The notes beneath the pieces are model-generated. The model worked only from the letters and a program-made list of their open reading frames with translations. It had not been told where the DNA came from and did not search any database. A stretch of 64,000 bases of DNA, from NCBI GenBank assembly GCA_963662275.1, contig OY759316.1, positions 1,664,001 through 1,728,000 of the forward strand, read 5' to 3'. Made by a program: the position numbers and the translations under genes. Positions 20,936 through 32,222 of the stretch are shown here, one piece after another. Every line of letters begins with the position of its first letter. The stretch's first letter is position 1. Origin of the DNA: Candidatus Cloacimonadales bacterium (GTDB taxonomy: Bacteria; Cloacimonadota; Cloacimonadia; Cloacimonadales; DAONDQ01).

Positions 20936-21841
20936 CTACCTATACTCCAGCATCCTGTTTATACTTTCCCGTGCTTTATCCATGATTGAAGGATCGACAT
21001 TTACTTCGAATTTCATGTCTTGTAACGACCAGAGTATTTTTTCCATAGTAGTCATCTTCATATTAAAACATATGGCAAATTCAGTTGCAGGATAATACTG
21101 CTTATTCGGATTAGCAAGTTTCATCCGGTGTATGACGCCAATTTCCGTGGCAATAATGAATTCCTGTTTATCGGATTCAATGGTATAATTCAGCATCCCT
21201 TCGGTCGAAAGCACGGCATCTGCCATTTTAATCACATCCGCACGGCATTCGGGATGCACCAGCACAACAGCCTTCGGGTGCAGTTTCTTCATTTCTTCGA
21301 TGTTATCAGGTAAGATTCGAGCATGAGTGGGGCAGAAACCATCACCGATGATCAATTTATGACCGGTCTTATATTGCACATAAGAAGCCAGGAAACGATC
21401 CGGGATAAAAATGATTTCATCTTCAGGTTTGAAGGCTTTTTCCACGATCTGTATAGCATTGGCTGAAGTACAGATAATATCACATTCTGCTTTCACTTCT
21501 GCGGAGGAATTTACATAACACAGTACCTTTGCCTTGGAATGTTGTTTTCTTAATTCACGTACTTTCCTGGGGGTGATCATATCTGCCATAGGGCAACCGG
21601 CTATTTTTTCAGGTAGTAGTACAATCTTTTTAGGGTTAAGAATTTTGGCTGTTTCCGCCATAAAGAGAACACCACAGAAGACGATCACATCAGCTTTGGT
21701 TTCAGCAGCTTGAATGCTTAAGCCTAAAGAGTCACCTACGAAATCAGCGATATCCTGTATCTCGGGACGCTGGTAATTATGTGCCAATATCACGGCATTT
21801 CGTTCTTGTTTAAGTTTCAGTATCTCAGCTACGATATCCAT
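20936..21841 (-). CDS. nadA: Quinolinate synthase
   Basis: ILAHNYQ, DFVGDSL, FCGVLFMAE, GCPMA, YVNS, HPEC, ATE. Confidence 0.95.
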   Translation of the reverse strand: MDIVAEILKLKQERNAVILAHNYQRPEIQDIADFVGDSLGLSIQAAETKADVIVFCGVLFMAETAKILNPKKIVLLPEKIAGCPMADMITPRKVRELRKQHSKAKVLCYVNSSAEVKAECDIICTSANAIQIVEKAFKPEDEIIFIPDRFLASYVQYKTGHKLIIGDGFCPTHARILPDNIEEMKKLHPKAVVLVHPECRADVIKMADAVLSTEGMLNYTIESDKQEFIIATEIGVIHRMKLANPNKQYYPATEFAICFNMKMTTMEKILWSLQDMKFEVNVDPSIMDKARESINRMLEYR

Positions 21842-22895
21842 GTTCTACCTCAGATATAACACCACCACCAATGACCATATCTTCCTGATAAAAAACAATC
21901 GCCTGCCCGGGTGTGATGGATTCCTGGGCTTCTTTGAAGATGATTTCAGCTAAATTGTCATATATTTCAATTTCGATAGCAGCAGACTGATGCTGATAGC
22001 GAATTTTTGCTGTTATGTTTAATGGAATTGAATCAACAAACAGATTCAAATCCTGGGCTTTCAATTTCCTGGAATTCAAGTATTTCTTTTCTCCTACAAT
22101 AATTCTTTTTTTTTCAGCATCAATTTCCAATACATAATAGGGGACAGGTGCATTCGCTCCCAAGCCCTTACGCTGACCTATTGTGTAAAAAGCAATTCCT
22201 TCATGCGTACCGATTTGTTTTCCATGAATATCCATGATAGGACCGGGCTGCATATTCATTTTCCTAGCTTTTACCAGTGCTCTGTAATCACCACTCGGAA
22301 TGAAACAAATATCCTGGCTTTCCTTTTTTTCTGCTACGTGTAAATGCATACTCTTGGCAATTTCACGGACTTCATTTTTACACAGTTCTCCTAAAGGGAA
22401 GAGAATAGAAGACAACATTTCCTTAGGTATCCTGTATAAAAAATAACTCTGGTCTTTTTTCATATCCACAGCACGATATAAAGACCACTTTTCTCCATCC
22501 TGGATAATCCTGGCATAATGACCGGTGGCAATAAAATCACATTCATACTCATGCGCCGTATTCCAGAGTAGATCGAACTTCAAATCCCGGTTACAAAGAA
22601 TACATGGATTAGGTGTTTTGCCTAGCCTATAGGATTCCAGGAATGGTTTGATGACTTTATTTTCAAATTCCTGGTAATAATCAACAACTAAATGGGGAAT
22701 ATCCAATTGTTCACAAACCCGGCGAGCATCTGCTATTCCTGCAGTACCGCAGCATTGACCTGTACCATCGCTGATCTCAGCCACCCCAAGATACATGGTA
22801 ACACCCACAACATCGTAACCTTGTTGTTTCAATAAAAAAGCTGTTACGGAGGAATCTACACCTCCGCTCATAGCAACGAGTACTTTATTTTTCAT
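21825..22895 (-). CDS. mnmA: tRNA 2-thiouridylase
   Basis: SGGVDSS, TPNPCILCN, ATGHYA, KDQSYFL, ESQDICF, TPGQ. Confidence 0.96.
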   Translation of the reverse strand: MKNKVLVAMSGGVDSSVTAFLLKQQGYDVVGVTMYLGVAEISDGTGQCCGTAGIADARRVCEQLDIPHLVVDYYQEFENKVIKPFLESYRLGKTPNPCILCNRDLKFDLLWNTAHEYECDFIATGHYARIIQDGEKWSLYRAVDMKKDQSYFLYRIPKEMLSSILFPLGELCKNEVREIAKSMHLHVAEKKESQDICFIPSGDYRALVKARKMNMQPGPIMDIHGKQIGTHEGIAFYTIGQRKGLGANAPVPYYVLEIDAEKKRIIVGEKKYLNSRKLKAQDLNLFVDSIPLNITAKIRYQHQSAAIEIEIYDNLAEIIFKEAQESITPGQAIVFYQEDMVIGGGVISEVEHGYRS

Positions 22896-23976
22896 CTTTC
22901 TTCTTATTCAGATAATGGGGGCTATCCCCGTGTTCATTGTAGCCAACTTCTTCACCAATTGATTTGACCCTGCATCCCATACACTCTTTACACTGTTCAC
23001 CCTGTTCATCCATACAAGGTTTGTTATTATACAGTTTATAATTAGCTCGGTATTTAGTCTCAGTAATATTTGGCATTACAATATTGGCACCGGCTTGCAG
23101 TCCTTGCTCACGTCCGAGTGGATGGAGTGCCTGGAGAGCTGTTGTTGAAGCGATATTGATATCTTTCAGCAGGATTCTTGCACAGGCAATCATTTTTAAG
23201 CCCAATTCCAGTTGTTGATCCTTGATGGAATCGAAGTCCTTAATCCAATCATACATGGGTGTGTCGCTATGAGGAATGTAAGGTCCCATGCCGATCATAT
23301 CGATGTCCATATGTTTAAAGAAAAGAAGATCATCAGCCAGATCAGCGGTTGTTTGTCCAGGCAGTCCGATCATCACGCCTGTACCGTTCTGATAGCCAAT
23401 ATTCTTGAGAGATTTAAGACATTCCAACCTTTGCTCATAATTGTGATCAGCAGGATGGTACTTTTTATATAATTCGGAATTGGAAGTTTCTATGCGTAAT
23501 AAATAACGTTTTGCTCCGGTATTGAACCATCTTTTATATGTCTCTGGGGTCTGTTCCCCAAGTGAAAGAGTAATTCCCAACTCACCTTTAGAGAGTTTAA
23601 CAATTCCTTTCAGGATATCGGTGATAAAGTCTGAATAGGCAATATCCTGGCGTTCTCCTGATTGCAGGACAATTGACCCATAAGCATTTTGATATGCCCA
23701 GGCTGCTCCGGCAAGTATTTCTTCCTTTGTCATTTGGTAACGGGCAATATTGGTAATATCACTTCTGATTCCACAATAATAGCAGTTTTTACTACAGATA
23801 TTACTAAGTTCAATGATACCTCTATAATACACACGGTTCCCAACATATTGAAGTTTGATTTCATAAGCTTTTTTATAGAGAAGTTGAACTTCCTTAGGGT
23901 CATTCAAAGATAATAATGCTATTAAATCTTCTTTTTGATATTCAGCTTGATTTAGCAAATCCTGTAATTTATTCAT
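22885..23976 (-). CDS. hydE: [FeFe]-hydrogenase maturase, radical SAM
   Basis: RGIIELSNICSKNCYYCG, LQSGE, LLRIET, GANIVMPN, YKLYNNKPC. Confidence 0.85.
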   Translation of the reverse strand: MNKLQDLLNQAEYQKEDLIALLSLNDPKEVQLLYKKAYEIKLQYVGNRVYYRGIIELSNICSKNCYYCGIRSDITNIARYQMTKEEILAGAAWAYQNAYGSIVLQSGERQDIAYSDFITDILKGIVKLSKGELGITLSLGEQTPETYKRWFNTGAKRYLLRIETSNSELYKKYHPADHNYEQRLECLKSLKNIGYQNGTGVMIGLPGQTTADLADDLLFFKHMDIDMIGMGPYIPHSDTPMYDWIKDFDSIKDQQLELGLKMIACARILLKDINIASTTALQALHPLGREQGLQAGANIVMPNITETKYRANYKLYNNKPCMDEQGEQCKECMGCRVKSIGEEVGYNEHGDSPHYLNKKKDEK

Positions 23977-24071
23977 GTAATACCTACTTTATATTTCTTA
24001 CAAAAGGAAATGTTTAAAAAATCTGTCAACAAATAAGTTAGTTTTAAAATGGCTGATGTCAATTACAAATT

Positions 24072-24821
24072 TTAGAAAATTCCAATAAATGCAGAATTAG
24101 ATAAAACATTCGTCTTCTTTTTTAGAAATCGTAACACAAGATAGATAACCGTACCAATTGAAAAGAAAATAATCCAGGATAAGGATAAGGAAAAGATGTG
24201 GAGAACTAAGTAGTTTTGATAGATGACTAAGACTACAAAAGAAATAATCATGGCATAAAAACTGGATATTTCTTGCCTCAAAGCCTTTTTCCAACGGAAT
24301 TTCAAACTGGGTGATTGCCAACGAGACCAATACAGAGGTAGAAACGGAGGTGTTGTTTTTGAATATTCGAGGTATGCTTCACCAAATTTCTCTCGAAGAA
24401 AGGATTCCTCAGCAAACATGATTCGTTCATAATACAGCCAGTAGCCTAGACAGAAGATAATGTTGATCCACCACATGCGAGTAAATAACCCCAGTCCAAG
24501 CCACATGAGAAAGTTGGCAAAATAGAGCGGATGCCTGATCATCGAATAAGCACCTGTGACATTGATAGCATCAGCGACCTGTTTTTTGGTATTCCTACCC
24601 GATGTATTATCAGCAGAATGTCCGACCACATACATTCTAATTGCTTCACCAATGGCTGAGATAACAACACAGAAAAGGTTCCATTGCCAGGGATTTTGTA
24701 TCATAGTCTGTCTTCTAAAAAACATACATATCATAACTACTAATATCAGTACTACAGGTAAATAACTTCGCCATCTGAATAGCCAGTTACCTGTGTCTCT
24801 AAATTCTTCAATCATTGCCAT
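24072..24821 (-). CDS. ICMT/PEMT-family membrane methyltransferase, lipid A phosphate methyltransferase (LmtA)-like
   Basis: MAMIEEF..GNWLFRWRSYLP, TSGRNT..QVA, RHPLYFAN, YYERIMFAEE. GGAG RBS before 24821. Confidence 0.75.
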   Translation of the reverse strand: MAMIEEFRDTGNWLFRWRSYLPVVLILVVMICMFFRRQTMIQNPWQWNLFCVVISAIGEAIRMYVVGHSADNTSGRNTKKQVADAINVTGAYSMIRHPLYFANFLMWLGLGLFTRMWWINIIFCLGYWLYYERIMFAEESFLREKFGEAYLEYSKTTPPFLPLYWSRWQSPSLKFRWKKALRQEISSFYAMIISFVVLVIYQNYLVLHIFSLSLSWIIFFSIGTVIYLVLRFLKKKTNVLSNSAFIGIF

Positions 24822-24971
24822 TGGCAAACTCCAAAACAATCTTTTGAGTAGTAAATTTGTCCATACTCTTTCCTTGTCCAGTGAAAACTACAATTTTTTC
24901 TTGCATTTTATTATCTGTCTCTGAGAAATGCTCAATTATAAATCAATCTCAGGTGATTTTATTGGAGTTGA

Positions 24972-26474
24972 ATGTCAAATTTAGTTAAGCAAGCTGGTTT
25001 GTTATCTGCAGCAGATATCAGCAGATTAGCCATCAAAGCCTTGATAGGTTTCATCCTGGCTCGCTTATTCTCACAAGCAGATTATGGCACATACAAGCAA
25101 ATTTATCTTGTTTATACTACTTTTTCGGCATTGCTGCTCTTAGGATTACCTCAAAGTATTCTCTATTTTTTACCTAAGATTCAAGATGAATATAAGCGGT
25201 CTCAGTTCATTCGACAATGCATGATTGTCTTTTCCGTTTTAGGAATAATGTTCAGTTTGGGGTTATTTTCGTTCCGACATTTGATCTCTGTTCTTTTTCA
25301 CAATCCCGTTTTGGAAGTTCTACTTGTATTATACTGCTTATATCCTATTTTTGCCTTTGTTTCATTCTTTTATAACTGTACAATGCTGGCTGTGCAAAAG
25401 CCACGATCTGTAGCTATATTTACGATATTCTCCATCATCGTCGAAGCGGCATGTGTCTTAGGAGTAGCATACTTTACCAGGAGCCTGTATTACACAACGA
25501 TTGGTATCTTGGCAGCAGCACTGATTCAGTACCTCTATGCGATGATTAGCTTGAGAAGTTATTCCATCAAGGACTTTCACTTTGACTTTGATTTACTACG
25601 GGAACAACTGCATTTCTCTTTACCAATAGGATTAGCTGCTATTGTCAGTTTAGTGGCGATTCAGATAGATAAAATCGTTATTTCCAGTTATTATTCACCG
25701 GAAATCTTTGCTGTATTTTCTGTCGGTGCGATGGAAGTACCTTTAATCGGTACAATTCTAAATGCTGTTAATTCTGTATTAATGCCGGAGTTATCAAAAC
25801 TGAATATCATCCATGATCGGGATCGTATTGAAGATATATTTCGTAGTTCAGTACGTAATAATTCTATGATGATCTTTCCCATGTTTGTCTTTTTCTTTAT
25901 TTTTGCCAAAGATTTTCTTATTATCCTGTATTCTGAAAGATATGTACACGCTGCTGTATTTTTTCGAATTTACCTGATGATTATGCCTTTAAGGATTGCT
26001 ATATACAATACACTTATCCAGATAGGAGCTAAGACCAAGTTTATATTTTACTCATCTGTTATCGCTTTTGTTCTTAATCTTGTACTGAATCTTGTCTTGG
26101 TGCATTTCGTTGGTCAAGTCGGTCCTGCCTGGTCTACTGTCATTGTCATCTATTTGAATATCTTTCTCTATATTTGTGTGTTTAAATATTCATTGCATTT
26201 TAGACTCAGACGTCTTTTCCCGATTCCGGATATTCTAAAAACAGCGATGACTGCTATCATTACCGGTGTATCAGTTCTTCCAGTTTTATTACTGCATTGG
26301 AACTCCTGGTTCCGTTTTATGCTTGCTGGTGTGCTGTATTTTGCCCTGTTCATCTTTTTAGGATGTGTGTTGAATGTGATCAAACCCTATGATAGAAATT
26401 TATTTATGAAAATAGTCAGCAGTGGATGGAAGCGGATACATGGAACTCCAGCAGCGGATAAAACTGTAGGTTGA
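24972..26474 (+). CDS. Wzx-type polysaccharide flippase
   Basis: About 14 TM helices, ILARL..DYG and IDKIVIS motifs; first gene of a glycosylation operon. Confidence 0.85.
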   Translation: MSNLVKQAGLLSAADISRLAIKALIGFILARLFSQADYGTYKQIYLVYTTFSALLLLGLPQSILYFLPKIQDEYKRSQFIRQCMIVFSVLGIMFSLGLFSFRHLISVLFHNPVLEVLLVLYCLYPIFAFVSFFYNCTMLAVQKPRSVAIFTIFSIIVEAACVLGVAYFTRSLYYTTIGILAAALIQYLYAMISLRSYSIKDFHFDFDLLREQLHFSLPIGLAAIVSLVAIQIDKIVISSYYSPEIFAVFSVGAMEVPLIGTILNAVNSVLMPELSKLNIIHDRDRIEDIFRSSVRNNSMMIFPMFVFFFIFAKDFLIILYSERYVHAAVFFRIYLMIMPLRIAIYNTLIQIGAKTKFIFYSSVIAFVLNLVLNLVLVHFVGQVGPAWSTVIVIYLNIFLYICVFKYSLHFRLRRLFPIPDILKTAMTAIITGVSVLPVLLLHWNSWFRFMLAGVLYFALFIFLGCVLNVIKPYDRNLFMKIVSSGWKRIHGTPAADKTVG

Positions 26475-26478
26475 TCTG

Positions 26479-27675
26479 ATGAAATGGCTCTTATTCACGT
26501 CACTATTTCCTCAACAAACAGCCCTGGATAATGGTTTATTTAATCTTGCCAGGATAAATGCGCTGAAAAAAGCCGGAGAAGATGTAAGTGTTATTGTACC
26601 CATCGATTTGACTCCACATATGAGATATTTACTTAAAAATCTATCTCTTTCAGTTTTCAAAAAAAAATGGCTGGATTTGTATAGTATTCCCGAAAAGGAA
26701 CTATTTGAAGATATTCCAGTCTACCATCCCAAATGGTATTCTCCACCAAGGTCACATTTCTGGAAACATGAATATCAATGGCTTCATTTATTTTGTTCCA
26801 AAGTCATTGAGGAAATCATCAAGGCAGAAAAACCAGATATCATGATATGTTCCTGGCTTAGTCCATTTGGAATTTATTCTACCTATATCAAGAAGGAATT
26901 TAACATTCCGGTGTTTGTCATTCCAGAGGGTGATGATCTATTGATTTATCCGGAGAAATATCCAGGCTGGAATCAGCTTTCTATTATCCTAAATGATAAT
27001 TGTGATCGAATGATTTGTGCTTCTCAATACATGTTTGATATGGCTTCCGGAAAACGCAATTTAAATCATTGTGTAAAAGTACCTAATGGGTTTGATCATA
27101 CAAAGTTCAATTATCTTGAGAATCAAGGTAATGCTTCAGGAAAAGTGCATCTGCTCTGTGTTGGTTACCTGGATCATGTGAAAGGACAGGATATATTGAT
27201 ACAGGCAATGGCAAAATTGGATGATCGTTTCGACTTGACTCTTGTTGGAAATGGAACACTACGAAAAGAACTTGAAAAGATGGTTCAAACACTGGGATTA
27301 CAGCAGAGGATTCATTTTGCAGGATTTCAAAACCAGGATAAGCTGATATCTTATTATCATGAAGCTGACATCTTTTGTCTTGCTAGTCGTTCTGAAGGTT
27401 TTGGAATCAGTATCCTTGAAGCAATGGCTTGTGGTTTACCTGTTGTCGCAAGCGATGCAGGTGGAATACCGGAAAAAATCACAGAAGGCAGAAATGGATT
27501 CATTGTTCAAAAAGAGAATATCGATGAATTTGTACAAAAGATAAGCGATGCTGCTATAACCAAATGGGATAGAAGTTGGATAGCAGAAAATGTTAGAAAG
27601 AATTACAGTTGGGAGAAATGGGCTTCTGAAATGATGTCTCAATACGACGAAGTAAAGCAAGGATATTCAAGATGA
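26479..27675 (+). CDS. GT4 glycosyltransferase
   Basis: KGQD, SRSEGFGISILEAMACGLPVV. Confidence 0.9.
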   Translation: MKWLLFTSLFPQQTALDNGLFNLARINALKKAGEDVSVIVPIDLTPHMRYLLKNLSLSVFKKKWLDLYSIPEKELFEDIPVYHPKWYSPPRSHFWKHEYQWLHLFCSKVIEEIIKAEKPDIMICSWLSPFGIYSTYIKKEFNIPVFVIPEGDDLLIYPEKYPGWNQLSIILNDNCDRMICASQYMFDMASGKRNLNHCVKVPNGFDHTKFNYLENQGNASGKVHLLCVGYLDHVKGQDILIQAMAKLDDRFDLTLVGNGTLRKELEKMVQTLGLQQRIHFAGFQNQDKLISYYHEADIFCLASRSEGFGISILEAMACGLPVVASDAGGIPEKITEGRNGFIVQKENIDEFVQKISDAAITKWDRSWIAENVRKNYSWEKWASEMMSQYDEVKQGYSR

Positions 27676-28436
27676 ATTATGATACTATGTCTCAAAATAG
27701 AAAGCACTGGGGAAAAAAGGAACAAGCACAGCTAGCAAAATCTACGATACCAGTCATTTTGGATTGGATTCCACGTGATGTGAAAACAATTCTGAATTTT
27801 GGCTGTGGAAACGAAACAATCACAAATGCACTTGTTGAAAGATTTGATGTAACATGTACTGACTTTTCCGAAAGTGCTTTGAAATTCGTGAAAGGTAAAA
27901 AGGTCTTGGCGTCTGTCGATAAGCTTCCCTTTGAGGATAACTCTTTTGACCTGGTATTATCAATTGCAATGCTTGAACACATACCTGATTCAATATTGAG
28001 GGATGCGATGGAAGAAATCAAACGAGTGACAAAAGGTTATGTCTTCCTCGCTGTACCGAATAGTGAATATTTAAAACAAGGGTACACAAAGTGCCCGAAA
28101 TGTGAAACGACATTTCATGTGTATGGGCATTTACGTTCTTTTAAACTCCAAACCTTGGATGATATGATGGGTCCGAGTTACAAACGCTACATGATGGGTA
28201 CTTTCAATCCAAAAGAGAAGAAATACAATCATTTTTTACTTATGCTGAGACAGAAAGCTGCAAATAAATGGTTCCAGGCAACAGAAAATACGATATGCCC
28301 TCAATGTGGAAATAACGAGTTTTCAAAACATGGAGGAAATATTCTATCAGTACTGATTGATGGATTGAATTGGATGATATCAGGCAGGCAAAAATACTGG
28401 CTGTTTGCCTTTTATGAAATAAAGGATATGATATGA
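27672..28436 (+). CDS. Class I SAM-dependent methyltransferase
   Basis: LNFGCGNE, LPFEDNSFDLV, LEHI; two CxxC pairs. Confidence 0.8.
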   Translation: MNYDTMSQNRKHWGKKEQAQLAKSTIPVILDWIPRDVKTILNFGCGNETITNALVERFDVTCTDFSESALKFVKGKKVLASVDKLPFEDNSFDLVLSIAMLEHIPDSILRDAMEEIKRVTKGYVFLAVPNSEYLKQGYTKCPKCETTFHVYGHLRSFKLQTLDDMMGPSYKRYMMGTFNPKEKKYNHFLLMLRQKAANKWFQATENTICPQCGNNEFSKHGGNILSVLIDGLNWMISGRQKYWLFAFYEIKDMI

Positions 28437-29716
28437 AAATTCTCTTCATCGGCTATTTCTTTCCTCCCTTGGGTGGCAGTGGAGTGCAAAGACTATTAAA
28501 ATTCGTCAAATATCTTCCTCAATTTGATGTAGAACCGGTGGTACTAACAGTTGATCCGTGTTTTGTACGTGCTCCGAAGGATAAAGGACTGTTGAAGCAG
28601 ATACCTTCGCATATCCGTATTATTCGAACGCCAACCTTTGATATGAATTGGATTTTCAAGATTTTCTGGGGATTGCGGTTACCCAAGGTTGTTAATTGGA
28701 TACAGGATTATTTACTGATACCGGATAAAGATATATTGTGGCTTCCTTTTGCGAAAAGGAAAGCTAAATCCCTTGTTCAGGAAGAGCATTTTGATTTAGT
28801 TTTCGTTTCCGGTAGTCCATTTTCAGCATTTAAGATAGCAGAATTATTAAAAGAAAAGTTCGGAATTCCATATGTACTTGATTTTCGTGATGAGTGGATT
28901 AATAATCAGACCAGGTTAATGCAAAAACATAATTCTTATCGGGATAAAATTGAATCTAAAATGGAAAAGACAGCGATAGAATCAGCTTCAGCAGTTACTT
29001 TTCTCTCGAGTATCATGTATCAGAATTTCCTGGAGAGATACAGGATTATTTCAAAAATACCAAAAGCAATTATAACCAATGGCTATGATGATGAAGATTT
29101 TGTAAAGCTGGCTGCTAATGTTAAGTCGAAAAAATACATGAGGATTATCTATACAGGTTCATTTTATGATAGTACAAGTCCTCGTCCCATTTTACAGGCT
29201 ATCCTGGATTTGATTCGCAGTGGGAAAATAGCCAAAGATAAAATCAGGCTGGAAATCTACGGCAAGAATACACCTTCGTTTATTTATGCCAATTTAGATG
29301 CTAAAGAGGACGAATTATCCTTTGTCTCTTTATTACCTTATGTTCCACATTCTCGTAGTCTCCAACTGCAAAAGGATGCAGATTTACTCCTGATCTATAT
29401 CATTACAGCAAAGAATACGGATGCGGTGTACAACGGTAAATCATTTGAATATATCCGCACTGGAACTCCTATCCTAGCAATTTGTCCTCCTCATGGATTA
29501 GCAGCAGATTTAGTTCGTACTACACATACGGGATGGATTTATGATTCAGCCAAGTCAGAGGATATTCGAAACGGATTCCTGGAATGCTTCCTGAAATGGG
29601 AAAAGGGTGAATTAACTGTAGACCTGGACTGGGGCGAAATCCGCAAGTATGAACGAAGTGCCCAGGCTGGTCAATTAGCAGATGTGATGAAACAAGTTGT
29701 TGAGAAGGCGAACTAA
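28433..29716 (+). CDS. GT4-like glycosyltransferase
   Basis: YFFPPLGGSGVQR, DFRDEW, ITNGYD, GKSFEY. Confidence 0.85.
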   Translation: MKILFIGYFFPPLGGSGVQRLLKFVKYLPQFDVEPVVLTVDPCFVRAPKDKGLLKQIPSHIRIIRTPTFDMNWIFKIFWGLRLPKVVNWIQDYLLIPDKDILWLPFAKRKAKSLVQEEHFDLVFVSGSPFSAFKIAELLKEKFGIPYVLDFRDEWINNQTRLMQKHNSYRDKIESKMEKTAIESASAVTFLSSIMYQNFLERYRIISKIPKAIITNGYDDEDFVKLAANVKSKKYMRIIYTGSFYDSTSPRPILQAILDLIRSGKIAKDKIRLEIYGKNTPSFIYANLDAKEDELSFVSLLPYVPHSRSLQLQKDADLLLIYIITAKNTDAVYNGKSFEYIRTGTPILAICPPHGLAADLVRTTHTGWIYDSAKSEDIRNGFLECFLKWEKGELTVDLDWGEIRKYERSAQAGQLADVMKQVVEKAN

Positions 29717-29719
29717 CCG

Positions 29720-31672
29720 ATGTGTGGAATTAGCGGAATTTATCATTTAGATGGTAGAATAGTCGATCCAGGACAACTGAAGCACATCACCAATATCATC
29801 AGGCATAGAGGACCAGATGACGAAGGATATCTGCTGGTAAATACGAAAGACAGCAACTGTCGTGATTATGCAGGAGAAGATACCATTCCTGAGCTAAAAG
29901 CAATTTTACCTCAATTAAAACAGGATATGAAAGCTGATCTGGGTTTTGGTTTCAGACGATTATCCATCCTGGATCTTTCCGTTCATGGTCATCAGCCGAT
30001 GTCATATCATCAAAATGAATTATGGATTGTCTTTAATGGTGAAATCTATAATTATCTTGAATTGAAAAAGGAATTGTTGGACTTAGGACAGGTTTTTACA
30101 ACCGGTTGCGATACAGAAGTAATACTGGCAGCTTATAAAGTTTGGGGAACCTCGTGCTTGCAGAAATTCAATGGTATGTGGTCATTTGCTATCTGGGATA
30201 AGCCAAATAAGAGGCTATTCTGTGCCAGGGATAGATTTGGTGTAAAACCCTTTAATTATTTCTTTGATGGGAAGACATTTGCTTTCGGTTCAGAAGTGAA
30301 ACAATTGATGAACTTCATTCCCAACAAAGATATCAATAATAAGATGATTTATCGAAGTCTCAAGATGGGATCGTTTCTGTTCTACGGAGATGAGACTTTT
30401 TACCGTGATCTCAAAGTACTTCCTCATTCGCATTTCCTGGTGCTTCAAAATGGGAAAATACATATTGAAAGGTATTTTGATTTGGAAGATAAGAATTTTG
30501 AAACTTCAAAACTTAATTTTAATGAAGCTTGTGAACAGTATAGATCTCTCTTTGAAGATTCAGTTCGTCTTCGCTTACGAAGTGATGTGGAAGTCGGATC
30601 ATGTTTGAGTGGTGGACTCGATTCCTCTGCAATTGTTTGTACGGCTCATCATTTAAATGACCGTTCATTCCAGACTTTTTCTGCCTATTTCGATAAACCG
30701 GCAGCAATCGATGAACGTAAATGGATTAGGATCGTTAATGAATATACCGGTAGTTTAGAACACCTGATCTCACCTAAACCGAATGACGTTTTACATGATT
30801 TGAGCAAAATCACCTGGTTCCACGATACTCCGGTTGTCGGTTCCAGTCCTGTTACCCAGTATTATGTTATGGAGGCGGCAAGAAAAAGTGGTGTAACTGT
30901 CATTCTTGATGGACAGGGCAGTGATGAAATTACAGCGGGTTATAATCATGCGTTCTATCGTTATTATGCGGATTTGGTTGTTCGTGGAAAATGGGATAGA
31001 ATTTCTCATGAATTGCTGCCTTACTTGCAGCATCAGCAGAAAGGAAATCCCTTATCTAAACTGATGCGAATATTTGCTGCGTTAGTCATGCCTGAATCTG
31101 ATATCTATAAAAATGAACTAAAGCATAATCAGCCTAATGTATTGAATATGGATTTCAATGGAGATGAACTCTTACCTGGGTTCCGAGATTTTAAGAAAGG
31201 AAAATTATCGAATTTTCTCTACAACCTGGTAATGTCCATATTCCTGCAAACACTACTGCACTTTGAAGATCGCAATTCCATGGCTTGGTCTATCGAGAGT
31301 AGAGTTCCATTCCTGGATTATCGTTTGGTAGAATTTGCCTTTTCCTTGCCAAATGAATTCAAAATTAAGGGACAATATGGCAAGTATATCCATCGTAAGT
31401 CTTTGGAGTCGATTGTTCCCAGGCAGATTGTAGAACGCAAGGATAAGGTCAATTTTGCTGCACCAGGTGAGAATTACTGGTTAAAGAAGGAGTTTCGTCA
31501 ATTCTATGAAGAAATGCTGAATGATTCGAATTTCAAGAATCGCGGGATATATGACGTGGTTAAGATCAGGAAATTATACCAGGACTACTTGAATGGAGAC
31601 AACCGGTATAGCAGTCTTCTCTGGAAGGTTATGGCGACCGAAATCTGGTTCCGTACTGCAAATCAGAATTAG
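29720..31672 (+). CDS. asnB: Asparagine synthase (glutamine-hydrolysing), probably polysaccharide amidation
   Basis: MCGI, HRGPD, FNGEIYN, RDRFGVKP, LSGGLDSS, ESRVPFLD. Confidence 0.92.
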   Translation: MCGISGIYHLDGRIVDPGQLKHITNIIRHRGPDDEGYLLVNTKDSNCRDYAGEDTIPELKAILPQLKQDMKADLGFGFRRLSILDLSVHGHQPMSYHQNELWIVFNGEIYNYLELKKELLDLGQVFTTGCDTEVILAAYKVWGTSCLQKFNGMWSFAIWDKPNKRLFCARDRFGVKPFNYFFDGKTFAFGSEVKQLMNFIPNKDINNKMIYRSLKMGSFLFYGDETFYRDLKVLPHSHFLVLQNGKIHIERYFDLEDKNFETSKLNFNEACEQYRSLFEDSVRLRLRSDVEVGSCLSGGLDSSAIVCTAHHLNDRSFQTFSAYFDKPAAIDERKWIRIVNEYTGSLEHLISPKPNDVLHDLSKITWFHDTPVVGSSPVTQYYVMEAARKSGVTVILDGQGSDEITAGYNHAFYRYYADLVVRGKWDRISHELLPYLQHQQKGNPLSKLMRIFAALVMPESDIYKNELKHNQPNVLNMDFNGDELLPGFRDFKKGKLSNFLYNLVMSIFLQTLLHFEDRNSMAWSIESRVPFLDYRLVEFAFSLPNEFKIKGQYGKYIHRKSLESIVPRQIVERKDKVNFAAPGENYWLKKEFRQFYEEMLNDSNFKNRGIYDVVKIRKLYQDYLNGDNRYSSLLWKVMATEIWFRTANQN

Positions 31673-32222
31673 CAATATATCTTGAAGTTTATTTGAAAGC
31701 TGAGGTTTGGAGTTTACATGAAAGCTAAGAGTCGGTTCATTGAGTGATTTCGACGAAGGAGAAATTGTATCGAAATGTATCGTTATTACATTCAAGACTC
31801 TGTTAATGTCGTCTCCTCGATACAAATAGATAAATCAATTCACTCGGAGAACTCAGCTTTCATCATCAGTAGCGAAAATTCTTTTCAGGGAAGTTCAAAC
31901 CGACAGCAGCGAAAGCTCGTTTTCAGGGTAGTTGAGAATTGATATTTGGTTTTTAATATCAGCTTTTCAAACTCTCCGACACTAAAGTGCCACCTCTCTT
32001 TACCCAAAGAGAGGAATGAGCAATACGCAGTCTGTCTGGTTTCCCTCCCTTTGGATAAAGGGAGGGATTAAGGGAGAGTTTGATTCTGCTACTGTGGAAG
32101 TTCAACCCCGACATTTTAATCACCAGCAGCGAAAGTTCGTTTTCAATTATGTTTATATGAAAACTGGGATGCCAAACTTCGATTTGGCATATGGCGAATC
32201 GGAGTTCGCCACTCCCGTTGTC

